Shown here in pieces: positions 1 through 12,771 of a DNA stretch of 64,000 nucleotides; position 1 is the stretch's first letter; each line of letters begins with the position of its first letter. The stretch spans positions 868,001-932,000 of the forward strand of contig RSEE01000008.1 of NCBI GenBank assembly GCA_003971905.1, written 5' to 3'. The position numbers and the translations under genes are program-made. The notes beneath the pieces were generated by a model. That model did not search any database, was not told the DNA's origin, and saw only the letters and a list, made by a program, of their open reading frames with translations. The stretch comes from Moniliella sp. 'wahieum' (Eukaryota).

Positions 1-16
1 GAGTACAGCCGCCAGC

Positions 17-2440
17 ATGCACACTACGGAGAGTGTATACACTTCCCTGACCACGAACGTCTCGACCCGAGGAGAAATGGAGCCGCGTAACACGCCTTAT
101 GTGTGCGCTCTGTGCCTATCTCCTCCCGAGAGCGACTCTGTGTTGCCGGTCAAGCTCGTCTGCTCTCATCTTGCCCACGATGAATGCGTGGTTGCTCTTC
201 TCTCGTCTCCTGTGTCTTCCGACGCACCAGTTTGCAAGTTGTGCCCTCTACATCCTTCCCATGTGGATACTGGTAGTGCTCCCCAACAGCGCCGCCCCTC
301 GGCTCCCAAGATTCTGGAGCCAGTTGCGGCCAACCCTGTACTAGATGCTCCCAACTCGGCCCTAAACTCGTCCGCGGTTGTTGGGGCCAATCCGGAACGG
401 GATTATTATCCCAATGGGCATCCACCTGCACACCAGGCGGCAATGCACAATACCCCAGATCCGGCTGCTACCACTGAGCTCAGTCCGGGATCCCCACAGT
501 CCTTATCCTCACATTCCCATGGTTCTTCCCGAGGCCGGTTCCTCCTAAGCCATCTGGGCCTTGCGCGGCACAAAAAATCGCACGGTGCCGAGCATGGAAT
601 GCCGCCCCCTGACCCTGCATTTCAAGTGCACACGACGGGAGCAGCAGATGTTCTCATGGCTCAGCTCAATCGGCAGCTCCACCCTAAGCCTACACCGCCA
701 CCCCGAGCCCCTACTGTTGCCGCATCCAAGGTCGAACCAAAGCTTGGGCCTGAGCATGGGCCTGAACCGGCGCCGGAGTTGGAGGCTGGGTCTGAACCTG
801 AAACGGAACCTCAACCCGAGTCCGAATCTGAGTATCACCCTCGGTCTACGTTTAAGCCCAAACTGATCTCAAGCATCCTCCGAGTTCAAAGAGGAATCCA
901 TGGCGGCATCCCACAGCAAAATCAAGTCCTTGTTCAAAACAAAGCCCAAGCATCCATCTCAACCCGAGCCTAACGTCAGCTCTCGTCCTTGTCGACCGCC
1001 AATGCCTGGGGAGAGTCGGGGCGAAAACCGAACGGGGGGAGCCCGGCCTCAAGCGGAGAAAGTCCCTGGCCATCTGAACGTCCTTTTACGCCTGAACTCG
1101 AAGGGTGCCGGTGAGCAAACGTACAACACCGGTTGGTCCTGATCCCGTATTTCCTACGCGACAGAGTATGGATGAGAGCAGAGTTCGTCGCCCTGATAGG
1201 AGTTTCGCCCGCCCAGCCACGGCTTCGATCGCGAGCAGCAAGCATGGACAAGCCACGATCGCCCAGATTTGACCCAGGGGACTGCAACGACCCCAAGGTT
1301 CTGGCAGGGTCACAAGTGTCCATTTTGGCGTATCGCAAGCCAGAGCCGTATGAGCAAGCTCGTGGACGCTGAAGGTTCACGACTAGAGTCGGTCGCCACG
1401 CTGGAGTCTACTTATGGCCTTCCCGAGCTGGCGGACCATGTGGAGGTCACGCAAGGCAACCAAACCGCGTATTTTATGTGGTCGTGTTTGCTCAAGCCTT
1501 GGGACTGTACGCTGAAAGTGCAGACGACGAAGGCCTAAGCGACGCATCCTGTCACTCAAAGGTCGCATTTCTTCCACCATTACCCCAAGATCACGCTCAC
1601 GCCACCCCCCCGGTCCTTATGGCGCGGGACTCTCGCCTACGCTCGGTTCACATCCGCCTGGATCAGTCGCGATGTACGTTAACGTTTCCCTCCTCGTCCC
1701 AGGCCAACAAGTGGTTCTGTCGCTTGAATTACTTGTCGGCCCGAGCCAATGGCTACCAGCGCGAAAGAGCCCCTCCCCTTCGGCCCCTCCGTCCATTTAT
1801 CCGACCGCGCAGCCAGTCGACTGGGGCAAGGCGTCCGTCGCGGGCAGCGCAACCGCCCGTGCCGCCACTGCCGCGTATTCATGTGCGCGACCCATCTGGC
1901 CGCATCACCCATCCTTCACCTCCGCTGTCTTCGTCTCGCTCTGGGCGTGGTCCGTCCTCCCCTTCTGTCCCTCGTTCGCCCTTGGCTTCCTCTCCTTCTT
2001 CCCCCAGCACCCCCATCAAGGGGCCAATGGACCTAGTGATACTGGTGTCGGCGGCGGAGCGGGATCGGGAAGCCGGGCAAGCCATGCTGATCGAGATTTT
2101 GGAGCGCCTCGGCGACCGAGACCGGGTGGCTCTGGTCACCTTCCACCTTGGCTCGGACAAGGGCAATGCGGTGCGGCGTACTCCTCTGCTGTGCCCTGGC
2201 AAAGCAGCGAGCCGAAATCGATTGCGAGCCTTTGTTGAATTGCTTCAACGACCCGAGACGGCGCTGACCCCAAGAGCGCCGTCATGGCCGCTCACGAGCT
2301 CTTGCTCGGCCGCTCCTTCCCAGCTGCCTTCCCCCGCGGCCGTCCCGCGGTCCTGAGCCTGGTGCCCCCCCCAACCAACTTGACCGCTACATTGCTCGCA
2401 TCGCCCCCTTCCCAGCGCGTCCATTCCCGTGGGGAGCTAG
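17..2440 (+). CDS. RING-finger / PH-like / vWA-domain protein (Far1/Ste5-like architecture); frameshifted across several ORFs
   Basis: The N-terminal part has a RING motif CALC...LVCSHLAHDECV...CKLC. The middle is PH-like (CTLTFPSSSQANKWFCRL). A vWA start follows (PMDLVILVS...LERLGDRDRVALVTF). The pieces lie in different frames and both ends are approximate. Confidence 0.6.
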
Positions 2441-3240
2441 CATGACGCCGGTCTGGACCGTGCCTACGTGATGCCCGCACCCGCGTTTGACCTCTGGTTG
2501 TGTTGCAAGTCTTGCGCGGTCCCCAGTACCCCCTTGTGCTCTTCTGTTGTTTTTTCTGTTCCACTGCATATACCACCTCCTTTTTGACTATCCACCTTGC
2601 CTGCCTGTCTTCTCTCTTAGATCTTATTAACGAGCGTTGATGAACGCAAATGCATATTGTGGAATGGGACGTCCGCTGCAGATGGCGGCGCGTGCCGAGT
2701 GCTGCTGATGGTGACAATGGACCTCCAGATGAGAGGAGAAAGATCATGCAGAGGGGCAAAGTAGAGCAGGTGTGCACCTACGGCTCGGCTCATGTCAGTA
2801 CCAGTCCGTGCCCGTCGTTTGCCTAAGACATCCATCAGCACCGATCAGACACGTGACTGGGCAGGACTAGGTTTGGTCGGCAATACTAATACGGGCAATA
2901 CGTCAGCGCTGAGGCTGGGCGCGGCTTTGGCGGAGCGGGCGTTGCGGACAATGGGTGACACATGGCGCGTGCCGCCCATGTCACATGTCACATGGCCTGT
3001 GCATGGGGCAGACCCCACCTGGCACGGCGCCCGTGGGGCGGCGGCGTCGGCGTGGCTCTGAGAGTGAATCTGGGCAGCGAACAGCCACGCTCGATGACGT
3101 TCGGCAAGGCAGAGCCGAAGCGCTAAGCGCTCATTAAGCGCCGGGGCAGTGCAGGGCTTTGCCGCCGCCTCTTGAAGCGCAAGCGCGTAAAAGCGCCCAT
3201 CCCGTCTTCTTCTTCGCATCCATCTTTCCTGCCCCAGTGC

Positions 3241-4586
3241 ATGCTCTTGAGGACGATCCCTCGTCTCGCATCTCGTTCTGCCTTCTTCCCAGTGGTGCGT
3301 CCCCCGGCCTGTTCGACCACCCCGTCGTCACTTCGACACCCTCAGCTAACCTCTTGCCTCTCCCCGCCAGATTGCCTCCTCTCCTACCTTCCTGCCTGCC
3401 CGCCGCTTGCAAACTTCCGCTCTGACATGTCCTTCCACCAAGAGTCCCACAAGCTCCTTGTCATCCCCGGCCCTATTGAGGTGGCTGACGAGGTCCTCTA
3501 CGCCAATGCACACCCGTCGATGAGCCACACCTCACCCGAGTTTGTGCCCATCTTTGGCGACTGTCTCCGCATGTTCCGCCAGATCCTTTACGCGCCTTCG
3601 GCCCAACCCATCATTACCTCTGGTTCGGGCACGCTGGGATGGGACCATGTGGCATCTAACCTGGTCGAGCCCGGGGAAAGTGCGCTGGTGCTCAATTCGG
3701 GTACTTTGGCGACAGCTTTGCCGAGTGCCTCGAGACGTATGGCGCCAAGGTGGACCAGATTGGCGCGCCGGTCGGTTCCAAGCCAACCCTGGCCCAAATC
3801 GAGGAGGCACTGAAGCAAAAGAAGTACAAGCTGATTACCGCCACTCACGTTGACACGTCGACGGGTGTGTTGAGCGACGCCAAGGGGATCGCCGAAGTGG
3901 TCAAGCGTGTCTCCCCCGACACCATCTTTGCTCTGGACAGCGTGTGCAGCGTGGGTAGCGAAGAGATCCGTCAAGACGAGTGGGGCGTGGATGTGGTGCT
4001 GACGGCGTCGCAAAAGGGCATTGGATGCCCGCCGGGCCTGATGCTCCTCTCGGCTTCGCCCAAGGCGATCAAGGCTTTTGAAACCCGCAAGGCGCCGCCA
4101 ACGTCCTACTTTGCCTCTTGGAAGAAGTGGTTGCCGATCATGAAGGCATACGAGGGTGGCAGTGCCGCCTACTTTGCCACTCCTCCGACCAACTTGATCT
4201 ACGCTTTGCACCAGAGCTTTGAGACGATCACCAAGGGAGTGCCGTCGCTGGAGGAGCGGTTCAAGCTGCACAAGGAGACCTCGGCCAAGGTCAAAAACTT
4301 TGTCAAGAATGAGCTCAAGCTCGACCAGCTCGTTGCCGATGGGATTAAGGATGGTGCCAACGGAATGACGGCCGTCAAGTACCCCGAGGGCTATGGCGCG
4401 GGCGATGTAGTGCCCCGCATGGCTGCGCGCAATGTGGTCGTTGCCGCTGGGCTGCACAAGGAGTGCAAGGACAAGTATTTCCGCATCGGTCACATGGGTC
4501 TCTCTGCCACGACCCGCAGTAGCGACATTGACCATGTCCTCCAGAGCCTCAAGGAGTCGCTCGCCGAGGCGGGCTACAAGCCGTGA
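3241..4586 (+). CDS. AGX1: alanine-glyoxylate aminotransferase (class V PLP enzyme); core starts at ATG 3427, with a possible presequence from 3241
   Basis: Motifs LLVIPGP, GSGTLGWD, THVDTSTGVL, DSVCSVG, TASQKGIGCPPG (PLP lysine), YFATP and FRIGHMG. There is a 1-nt frameshift near 3698 (NSG-YFG). Confidence 0.92.
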
Positions 4587-5507
4587 GGATGTGGGTGTGA
4601 TGGAGGCTTCTTTCTCCTAGACCCAGCCGCTCCCCACCTGAAGTGACTAGTGACGATTGATCTTTGGCTCGGCAGCTTGCATGCGTCTGCTTGGATCCCC
4701 TTAAACTTGTTCTCAGTGCTATCGACTGCAGGACAAGTGCGTTTGGAATGAACCCGTTGTAATGCATCATGTCAAGAACATGCCTTGGAGGAATGTACCG
4801 TACAACCACCACCGCAAGGGAGGGGGATAATGCATCCAAAACGCCTCAGGAGGTTTGATTCAGGCATTGTGTTGATGAGAGTGGTTCCCTTGGAAAGTAC
4901 ACGTGCATGACGTGGCCCAGCCACCCCGGGGCCTGGCGGGGATGGTCGGTATGGGCTTCGATCTACGGCGTAGACGTCGTAAACGTAAATGAATCAATGA
5001 CCAAAGAAATGATCGATGATCCGGTGGTCACCGGTCGTATTCATACGGCAACGAAGGGCAAGGAGAATGGCACGGCAACCCTATTCATTTGCGCTGCGGC
5101 GTCCGGCGGCATTGGGCGGCAGTCGTGCTTTGAATATGCACCCATGCGTACAGTGGCCATGTGCCTCTCCTGCCCCCAGAAGGGCAGCCTGGCGCGGGAC
5201 CTGTCCCCTGCGTTCATCAATGCGGCGAGGGCCGACCACCATCCAGGCCGTGGCCTAGCGAGCCACAGTACCACCAGCTCAAGCCAGGTCTCCAGTCAAG
5301 TGCGTATGCGTCCCTTCCTGTTTGGCGAGGCGGTGCGAGGGGTGTAATCGGGTTGGTTGATGCGCGATGCTTTCCGCTGCACAAACCAAGGCTCCGTCTC
5401 TCCCCTTCTGCCGCCCATGCTTCTTCCTGAGACTGTCCCGCCGTCTCACGTTCCGAACCGGGTGGGACTCCCAGGACTGCCTGCTAACCTTTGATGGTGT
5501 TGGCAGG

Positions 5508-6127
5508 ATGGGTTTCCGCCACAACAACATCCTTCACAACAACCACTTCCGCAAGGACTGGCAGCGCCGGGTCAACGTGTGGTTTGACCAGCCCGGTGCC
5601 AAGAAGCGCAGGCGCAATGCGCGCGCTGAGAAGGTGGCGCGCTCGGGTCTCAAGCCCGTTGACTCGCTCCGCCCTGTGGTGCGCTGCCCTACGCTCAAGT
5701 ACAACCGCAAGCTGCGTGCTGGCCGTGGTTTCACCCTTAAGGAGCTCAAGGCTGCTGGCATTCCCCAAAAGCTTGCTCGCGTGATTGGTATCGCGGTGGA
5801 CCACCGCCGCAAGAACCGCTCGGAGGAGGGTCTGCGCTCAACATTGAGCGCGTCAAGGCGTACCGTGAGCGTGTGGTTGTCATCCCGGCCAAGGGCAAGG
5901 GTGCCAAGCTCGCTGAGCTGGCCTCGGCTCCCAAGGTTGAGAATGTTGCGGCTGCGTTCCCCATCCCTGCTGGCACGGTCGCCGAGAAGCCTCGCGCAAT
6001 TACCCAGGAGGAGAAGGACTTCGAAGCCTTCAAGACTCTTCGCCACGCCCGCAACACCCACCGCCAGGCTGGCTTCCGCGCTGCTCACCAGGCCAAGAAG
6101 GAGGCCGAGGAGAAGGCCAAGAAGTAA
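5508..6127 (+). CDS. RPL13: 60S ribosomal protein L13 (eL13)
   Basis: Motifs MGFRHNN...[44 protein letters not shown] and VDHRRKNRS. Frameshift near 5835. An upstream intron runs from GTGCGT at 5300 through GCTAAC to CAG at 5506. Confidence 0.97.
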
Positions 6128-6466
6128 GCCGCGTAGTTGGTTGGGCCCTTTTGTCTCTTGCTTTCCTCTCTATGCCATACTCGGGTGCTTTACGCCCACC
6201 ATGTACCGTCAAAAAGTGTGCACTGCCATCTCTGTGCACTAAGGAACGATTTGCAGCAAGTGTGCCATCTCGCTCATTGTGAGCCCTTGTGTAGATTTAG
6301 ACGTTTTTGTCGCCTCGTCTTCGTTGAGGCAGGGGACCCTGAATCGCATGCGTAGCACTGGCTGAGCTTGTGCGACGGAGAGTGGGTGTGGGCAACGGCC
6401 GGTATGGGCATAAGCGGGGGGTAGGGAATATCGCAGTAGCTGCTTGCCCACCTTCCTGAGCATGCG

Positions 6467-6850
6467 ATGGACCCCCCAAGCCGCTCAGGCTGAGCAGGAA
6501 GAGATGTTGGAGGAAGGCAAAGATGAATCATTTTCCTTCTGCCGGGACCAGTCGGAAGGCCGACTGCTGTGCGGGGAATGGTGGCCGCTGGCTCGTGGGC
6601 GGCTGGTGCTTTTCTCTTGTCTTAGCTTCTCTACCAGACCTCTCTGATACCGACCATGCAGCCCTCCAAGCCCTCCTTCAGCAGCCGGCCCCCACGCCCA
6701 AGTACGCCAAATGGGTGCGACGGTACTTCTCTTGGTCGCGAACCTACTGCAAGGTGCTGCAAGCCACACTGACCATCAGTGGTGCCTTACTTTTACCCCT
6801 TTGTTGTTGCTCCTTGCGTGGTCCGGTCCTTAGCTTGGTTGGTGGGTAAG
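6467..6850 (+). CDS. possible small spliced hypothetical protein
   Basis: Coding-like pieces (MDP..AAQAEQEEMLEE; LPDLSDTDHAALQALLQQPAPTPKYAKW) are bordered by splice-like signals (CTTAG acceptor, GTGCGA donor). No recognisable family. Confidence 0.25.
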
Positions 6851-7384
6851 GCTACGGTCAGGTGGGTCAGGCCCAGCGCGGTATCATCGCCCACAACATG
6901 TCGATTTCCCCTCCCCTAAGCAACGAAATTGCTCCTGGATACATACCTATCCATTTATTACCCAATCCCATCAAGCGGGCCATGATGCATGTGAGAGAGG
7001 GGGTAGCTGCCTTCGTATAGGAGATGGCATGCTGGGTACGACATCTTCCCCACTTTACACGCGACTAGCCCATGACTGGCTGGCCGTGAGGATTGTCAAT
7101 GTGAATACACACGAGGTGTCCGACGAGTGCAGAAGCGCCAGACGCGAGTGTGTGTACCGAGCGGGCGGTAGTGCCCACAGGCACCAACGGCGTTCTTCCC
7201 AGGCGCTGTCATATTCAATTCAATCTGTCTGACTCTGTCCTTATTCAACCACAAGCTCAAAACACAACACACACTGCCCCTGTGCTGCCTCTTAACAATT
7301 CCGCGCGGCCATCCCAGCGGCGGCGCGCCACCACCACCGCCACCATACTCCGCTGGCAACCATCCACCATCGCCTGCGCCGCCC

Positions 7385-9034
7385 ATGTCCGACGACGGCG
7401 AGCCTAGCGACCTGGAAGAGCGCGTTTCCTACTGGAGGGAACAGGCCAAGGATGCTCGCGCATCTCTCGCTGATGCTCAAGACGCTCTTGCCGAGCTAGA
7501 GGAGATGAGTCGGGGCCTCGAGGCCGAACTGGAGACCGAGCTCGCTGCCGCCCAGCGCGCGCGCGACGTTGCCACCCGCGCGGCGGAGACGGCCAAGGCA
7601 GAAGCCACATCATGGAAAGAACGGTACACTGCCGCGGCATCTGAGGGTTCTGCGGAGCTTGCAGCGGTCCGGAGGGAGTTGACTCGCACTGCCGACGAGT
7701 ATGCGGCCCATCGTGATCGGTTGCGTGATATGGAGGTCAATAATGATGAGCTCGAGGCAGCAGAGAGAGCAATTGCTGCATCTCTGTCAGACATGGAGGC
7801 CAAGTACAACCGCTCGCTCGAGCAAACTGTTCTTCTGCAAGAAGAGATTGCGGCCAAGGATGCCCTGCTGGAGGATAATCAACGTCTGAAGGACTACATT
7901 TCCGATGCGTCTTGGCTTCTGCGTACTCACTTATGCTCGTCAGGCTGATCTTCTTTCCTATATGGGTCTCACTACAGAACTTACCGAGGAACTTGCTGTG
8001 CGCCGGGTGCGTCCAGCTACGCCCGAACCCACTCCGGCCGAGACGGCACCAGTTGCATCACCCCTTGCCGGTGAGGGCTCGAGCCCGACCCCATGCAGCT
8101 GGTCGTGCCGTGCTAAGGCAGTACACCTCAACCTCAACCTCAACTGGGGCTTCTTCCATCGCTTCTCCTCCTGAATCCCCCATGCCGCCATCGATAGGCG
8201 CGCGTAGCTCCACCCCTCTTACGACGCCCACGCGTGCGACCCCAGGGAGGGCGGATAACTCCTTTGACCCCTTCCACATCCGCGTTGCCCCGACCCTCTC
8301 GGACTGTGCACACGTCTGCTCTTCCGAGAGGACCATCAAAGCGTACAACCGTACGAACGTCTTCTGCACGAATGACAGGGGGGCCGTCCGAGTTGACGGC
8401 TCGGATCAATGCGTTGAAGTTGCATCTCAACCGAGCTCAGCGGCCCATGCTCGACCGAAGCGGCAGAGTGAGTGGGATCCCACGTTCTGTCAGTCGCACG
8501 GGTGCCACGGGACCCATATCTCCCTCTACTTCCTTTAGCTTTGTTACGGTAGGTACTTCCCCCATCCCTCCACCCTCCGGGATTCCCAAACCTAGGGCTT
8601 CGGTCGACCGAATGGGCTTGCCTCGCCTCACCTCTAGCACTTTGCACCGCTCCGCCTCCACCGTCTTGGCCCCCCGCACACGGCGCCCACACACTCGTCC
8701 CGCTTCCCAACTTTCGTTCGATGCCAGTTCCGACGCTGGGACTGGCCAAAGCAGCCCGTCAATGCCCAGCTCGCGCTCTTTGTATTCCACGCGGCAACGG
8801 TCCCCCTCGGGCCAACCCGGCCCACCTCGATCTTTCTCCCGCCCGGTCGGCCTCTCTCACCCTCCAAGTCCGCCCTGCCTCGCCAGAAATCTTCCACCCA
8901 CACCCGCCGCCACAGCCAAGCACTTGCCAACCTCGGCTCCAACAGCTTGGGCCTCTCCTCCCTCACCAGCAGACAGACTTGCCGCCCGTGTGGCCATTGA
9001 GCGGGGACGCAGCCCCAAAACGCGGCTGTCGTGA
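7385..9034 (+). CDS. nudE: NudE/Nde1-family dynein regulator (coiled coil plus Ser/Pro-rich tail)
   Basis: The coiled coil YWRE...LAELEEMSRGLEAELETEL...RLRDMEVNNDELE...SLSDMEAKYNRSLEQTVLLQEEI...NQRLKD is typical of NudE. Probable intron at about 7905-7977. The C-terminal tail is frameshifted. Confidence 0.88.
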
Positions 9035-9353
9035 GCATTGTATGAACGATAGACCATTCAGAGGGGACAGGCCCCTGGGCAGTTGATCCGTTCCAAATCT
9101 ATGGTTACGGCCGTCACCAGAGGTCGGCATGGGATTGGGAAAAAGGAAGTGCAGAGATTATGCAAGGCACCGTCCCCACTCTGGAGGGCGGTTGCCTGAA
9201 AATCAACGACGCAATGCCAGTTGCAAATCAGAGCTATCAGGGAGAGAGGCAAGAACCAGCTTGCTTCATCCGTCGCACGGGGTTAGATCTTGAAAACACA
9301 GTGGGGCATGTTCTCCGTAAAAGGAGACTAAGCGCAAAAAGAAGAGAGGTCGG

Positions 9354-9448
9354 GGAAAGGAAAGGAAAGGAAAGGAAAGGAAAGGAAAGGAAAGGAAAGG
9401 AAAGGAAAGGAAAGGAAAGGAAAGGAAAGGAAAGGAAAGAAAGGAAGG
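9354..9448. repeat. (GGAAA)n pentanucleotide microsatellite, about 17-18 units
   Basis: Tandem array visible directly in the sequence. Confidence 0.97.
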
Positions 9449-9518
9449 CGAGACAGAGGAGATGTGATGGAAGGCAAAGTAGAGGAAGCGCGTCGCTTAC
9501 GCAGAGTGAATGCGTCGC

Positions 9519-10692
9519 TTAGGCGCTGTACCCCCATTTGACCTGGGGGAGCTGGAAGTGACAATGTCATGGTACGCGGTACCGACAGCAAGGAAGTTTT
9601 CGGTCGTGTCGGGGATCCACTCGACGACCTGCGCCTTGGTGGTCTTGTCATCCGCCACAATGGTGATCCACTTGCCACAGGCGTCCTGCAGCTTGTCGTT
9701 GGGATACGCAGCCGAGGGACCGACAGCAACCGTGATGGTGTCCTTTGCGACCGTGATACCCGGGCACCATTGCGGGTCAATTTCATCCCACCATTGCAGT
9801 GTGTCGGTCGCGTAGGTGGCTGAGCTCGCATCCGACGCCTTGGCCTTCGACGCGCTCGCCACGTGGGCAATCTTGGACTCGGCTGCCTTGATGGACGAAG
9901 AAGAAGACGAGGACTTGGAAGTAGGCGAGGACTTGGACGAAGACGAAGACTTGGAGGCGGACGAAAGAGTGGGGCCACATGGGGAAGGCGTACCATCATT
10001 GAACGACCACTCGGCATTGAAGATGCCGAGCACATGGTTGGCAAGCTTGCTGAACAGGCCGTACGTCAAGTCAATGTCGCAAGGGTTGAGGCAAGTCTGC
10101 GTCGAAGCTGCATCAATGCAAAACAATGCCAGTTAGACACGGTCAGTTCGATCATGGATGGTGGGGGGTCAAGAGGCAACATACGCGACTCGGGGCATTC
10201 GTCCATGATGCGAGCTTGCTGGGAGCCCAAGATGCCCTTGATGGTAATGGTCTTGAAGCAGGTCCTGGCGGCTGATACCTTGGTCGGCAAAGTACTTGTA
10301 TCCAGGCGTGGACAGAGCGACACCCATCTGTGCGAAAAAAATGGGTCACCAGTCAGCACCAATCCCAAATTGGCTCACTCCAGAGCCTTTGCTCTCAGCA
10401 CAGATACGAACGGTGTTGTCATTCATGTCAGGGCCACCACACGAGCCTTGGGCAGATTCGCCCTCGGTCTCGGGGTGGTAGAAGGTGGCCTGGCCTTGGA
10501 TCCCACGGGCAGCAACCTTGGCAGCCAGCGTGGCATTGTTGGCAATGTAGTCGTGGCGACCAGGACGAGGGGCCGGGGCACGCGGGTGCTCAAAGTGGCC
10601 GCCAATGACACGGCGGTGAGGTGCGTGGTGGCCGGCGAGCGCACTGGTGGCGCCAAGCAGGAGGAGGAGGAAGTAAGGACCGTGGGTGCCAT
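9519..10692 (-). CDS. secreted RlpA-like/expansin-like double-psi beta-barrel protein, paralog A (two DPBB-like modules)
   Basis: Signal peptide (..LLLLLGATSALA), GQATFY...GSCG, ARIMDECP, CDIDLTYGLF, a Ser-rich linker and a second module LQWWDEIDPQWCPG...CGKWITI. It has introns and frameshifts. The stop is inferred at VKWGYSA*. Confidence 0.8.
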
Positions 10693-12577
10693 AGCGATCG
10701 AATCGGAAATGGGGGAGGAACGGAGAAGGTGGGCAGGGGGGTGGAGGAGGAGGAGGAGGAGGAGGAGGGAGCAGAGGCAGAGGAGGAGTGGAGGAGGCGG
10801 AGGAGAACGCCAAGATTCTCTTGGCAAGCGCAGTGAATATGTAGGAAGCCGTCCCGGCAACCTGTCGCTAGCCTTGCAAGCCAGGTTGTTAGGAACCGCC
10901 ACGCAAGACGGACGACGCGTGATGGAGTGATGCGTGACCGGTGCTGACTGGCAAACCGAGAGGTTTTGCGGTGGCCGCTGTCCCCATGCTGGGTCCATCC
11001 ACTGGTTACACCACTCCCCTGTCGATCTGTGTCCGCACGAGGGCAGTGTGCTTATTCAACATTCACCGGTCACCGCAGCATGCGCAGAAGTCACCCGGCA
11101 CAGGGCCTGTGCGCAGGCGGCACGATGCCACTGGCCCAGTGTAAGTCTCGGCATCTGGGCGATCGTCGATCAACGTGATCAGCACCGGTGGCCGGGACCT
11201 GCCGAGGTTCTGCGGCAGCCAGGCTGTGCCAGCGGCGCTCAGCCACGGCGGCACACGAAGCTCATGACGCACATGAGCGATGCATCGCCCACCAGGACAT
11301 GCCATGGGAACAGTCGAGTGTCGATTGCGGGACTGCATGACGCATTGCCGGTTACAGCTGCCGGCATTACCTGCATTATGCATTACCCTCTACCGCGACG
11401 GCCAAAGTTGTCCGTCCCGAGTAGGACAACCGCAGTAGCCCTGCACTCACAACTCGGGCTGGAGCTTGTTGAATACGTTGAATGTCGAAACACAAACACC
11501 CGTCGTGCTCGGCGTTCCGCTGGGCTTGGAAGATTGCGATACCATCGATATCATCATCGACACAGCCCCCGAGGAAACAAAGACCTTTGTGTGGCCCTGA
11601 GAATCTGCAACGCCATTAATCCAACGGGGAGGCACAGACGGTTTAACGTTTACGTCGCACAGTCCAGGCCTGCGCTGGCTGTGAGTGACTAGTGATGTGA
11701 GGCCTGTGGGGCCTGTAAGGCTTCTCAGCACTCGGTCGCAGTTCTGATTACTCAGGTCCTCAAACTCGAGTTGCCATGAGCTATTCAATACTCAGTACGC
11801 AACGTGCACTCAGCTGCGGAGTACGGTGTACTATCCGAGGCTCGGTTGCATGGACCAACGTGCAAGGCAGTTGGAGGTGTCGATCCACAGCAAGCTAGCC
11901 TAGGCTATACCAAACCCACGCTAAACCCTAGGCTCAGCCTGAGCGTTCTGCGTTCAACTGAACGTTCAACCCCAGCCGCATCGAGCCAGCCCAACCAGGC
12001 CCAGCAGGCCCAGCCACGCACAGCCACGCACCGGCGCCCATTGAATATGGGGACGGGCATAAGCTTTCCTTTCCGGTGGAGCTGGTGGGGCGGCTGAGAG
12101 CTGGCCAAGCGCTTCCTGGTCCTTCCGTGCCGGTCGCATGTGTGCCTGATGTGTGGAGCTGCCGCCGCGTGGCTGGCGCTGCACACAGGCGGGATGCGGC
12201 TGCCGAAAAGGGGTGCGTGGAGGAGGCGTTTTTCAAACCGCAGCACCCAACACTGGGCTGCGTTACTAGTTGATGCAGGTTCCTGCTGCACTGCGCCTCT
12301 GTTCTGGCGCCATGCCATACAGGCCACATGTCGCATGTCACATGTCACGGCTGCAGCCATGCGCCCCCCCCGGATCGCCGCGTACACTCACCTGGTGCTG
12401 GCCATGTCGTATACCCGGTGCCCCCTTGCATCGCCTTGGCGCGGCACAGGGCCGCACCCGGCCGCAGTAGCAGCACGGAGGCAGTGGTGCCCTGTGGTGC
12501 CTGCCGGCCGGCTGCTCGGCGCCCTGTCTGTCAGATCTCAGATGGCAAACCACACGGCAGCCAGCCGGGTCCACTAC

Positions 12578-12585
12578 TATATAAA
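12578..12585 (+). promoter_or_regulatory. TATA box (TATATAAA) upstream of DPBB paralog B
   Basis: Canonical TATATAAA about 190 nt upstream of ATG 12772, followed by a CT-rich leader. Confidence 0.55.
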
Positions 12586-12771
12586 GCTCCACCCGTGCCG
12601 CCACCGGCTCTGTTTCGCCTTCATCTCCATCTCCTACAACCTCCCCGACTGCACGCTGGCGTGTATCCTCGACATCACCCTTCCTCTCCTCTCGTCTCTT
12701 CCTTCCCCGAGCCTCTCTCTATAACACTTTCTGCCCCCTCCCCTCTCTTTCTCCTACACTAGTCTTTTACA

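Noticed and set aside
7900..7980. Apparent non-canonical AT-AG intron in nudE (G|ATGCGT..CAG)
   Set aside because: It differs by one base from the GTGCGT donor seen elsewhere in this window. In an error-rich assembly it cannot be trusted without reads.
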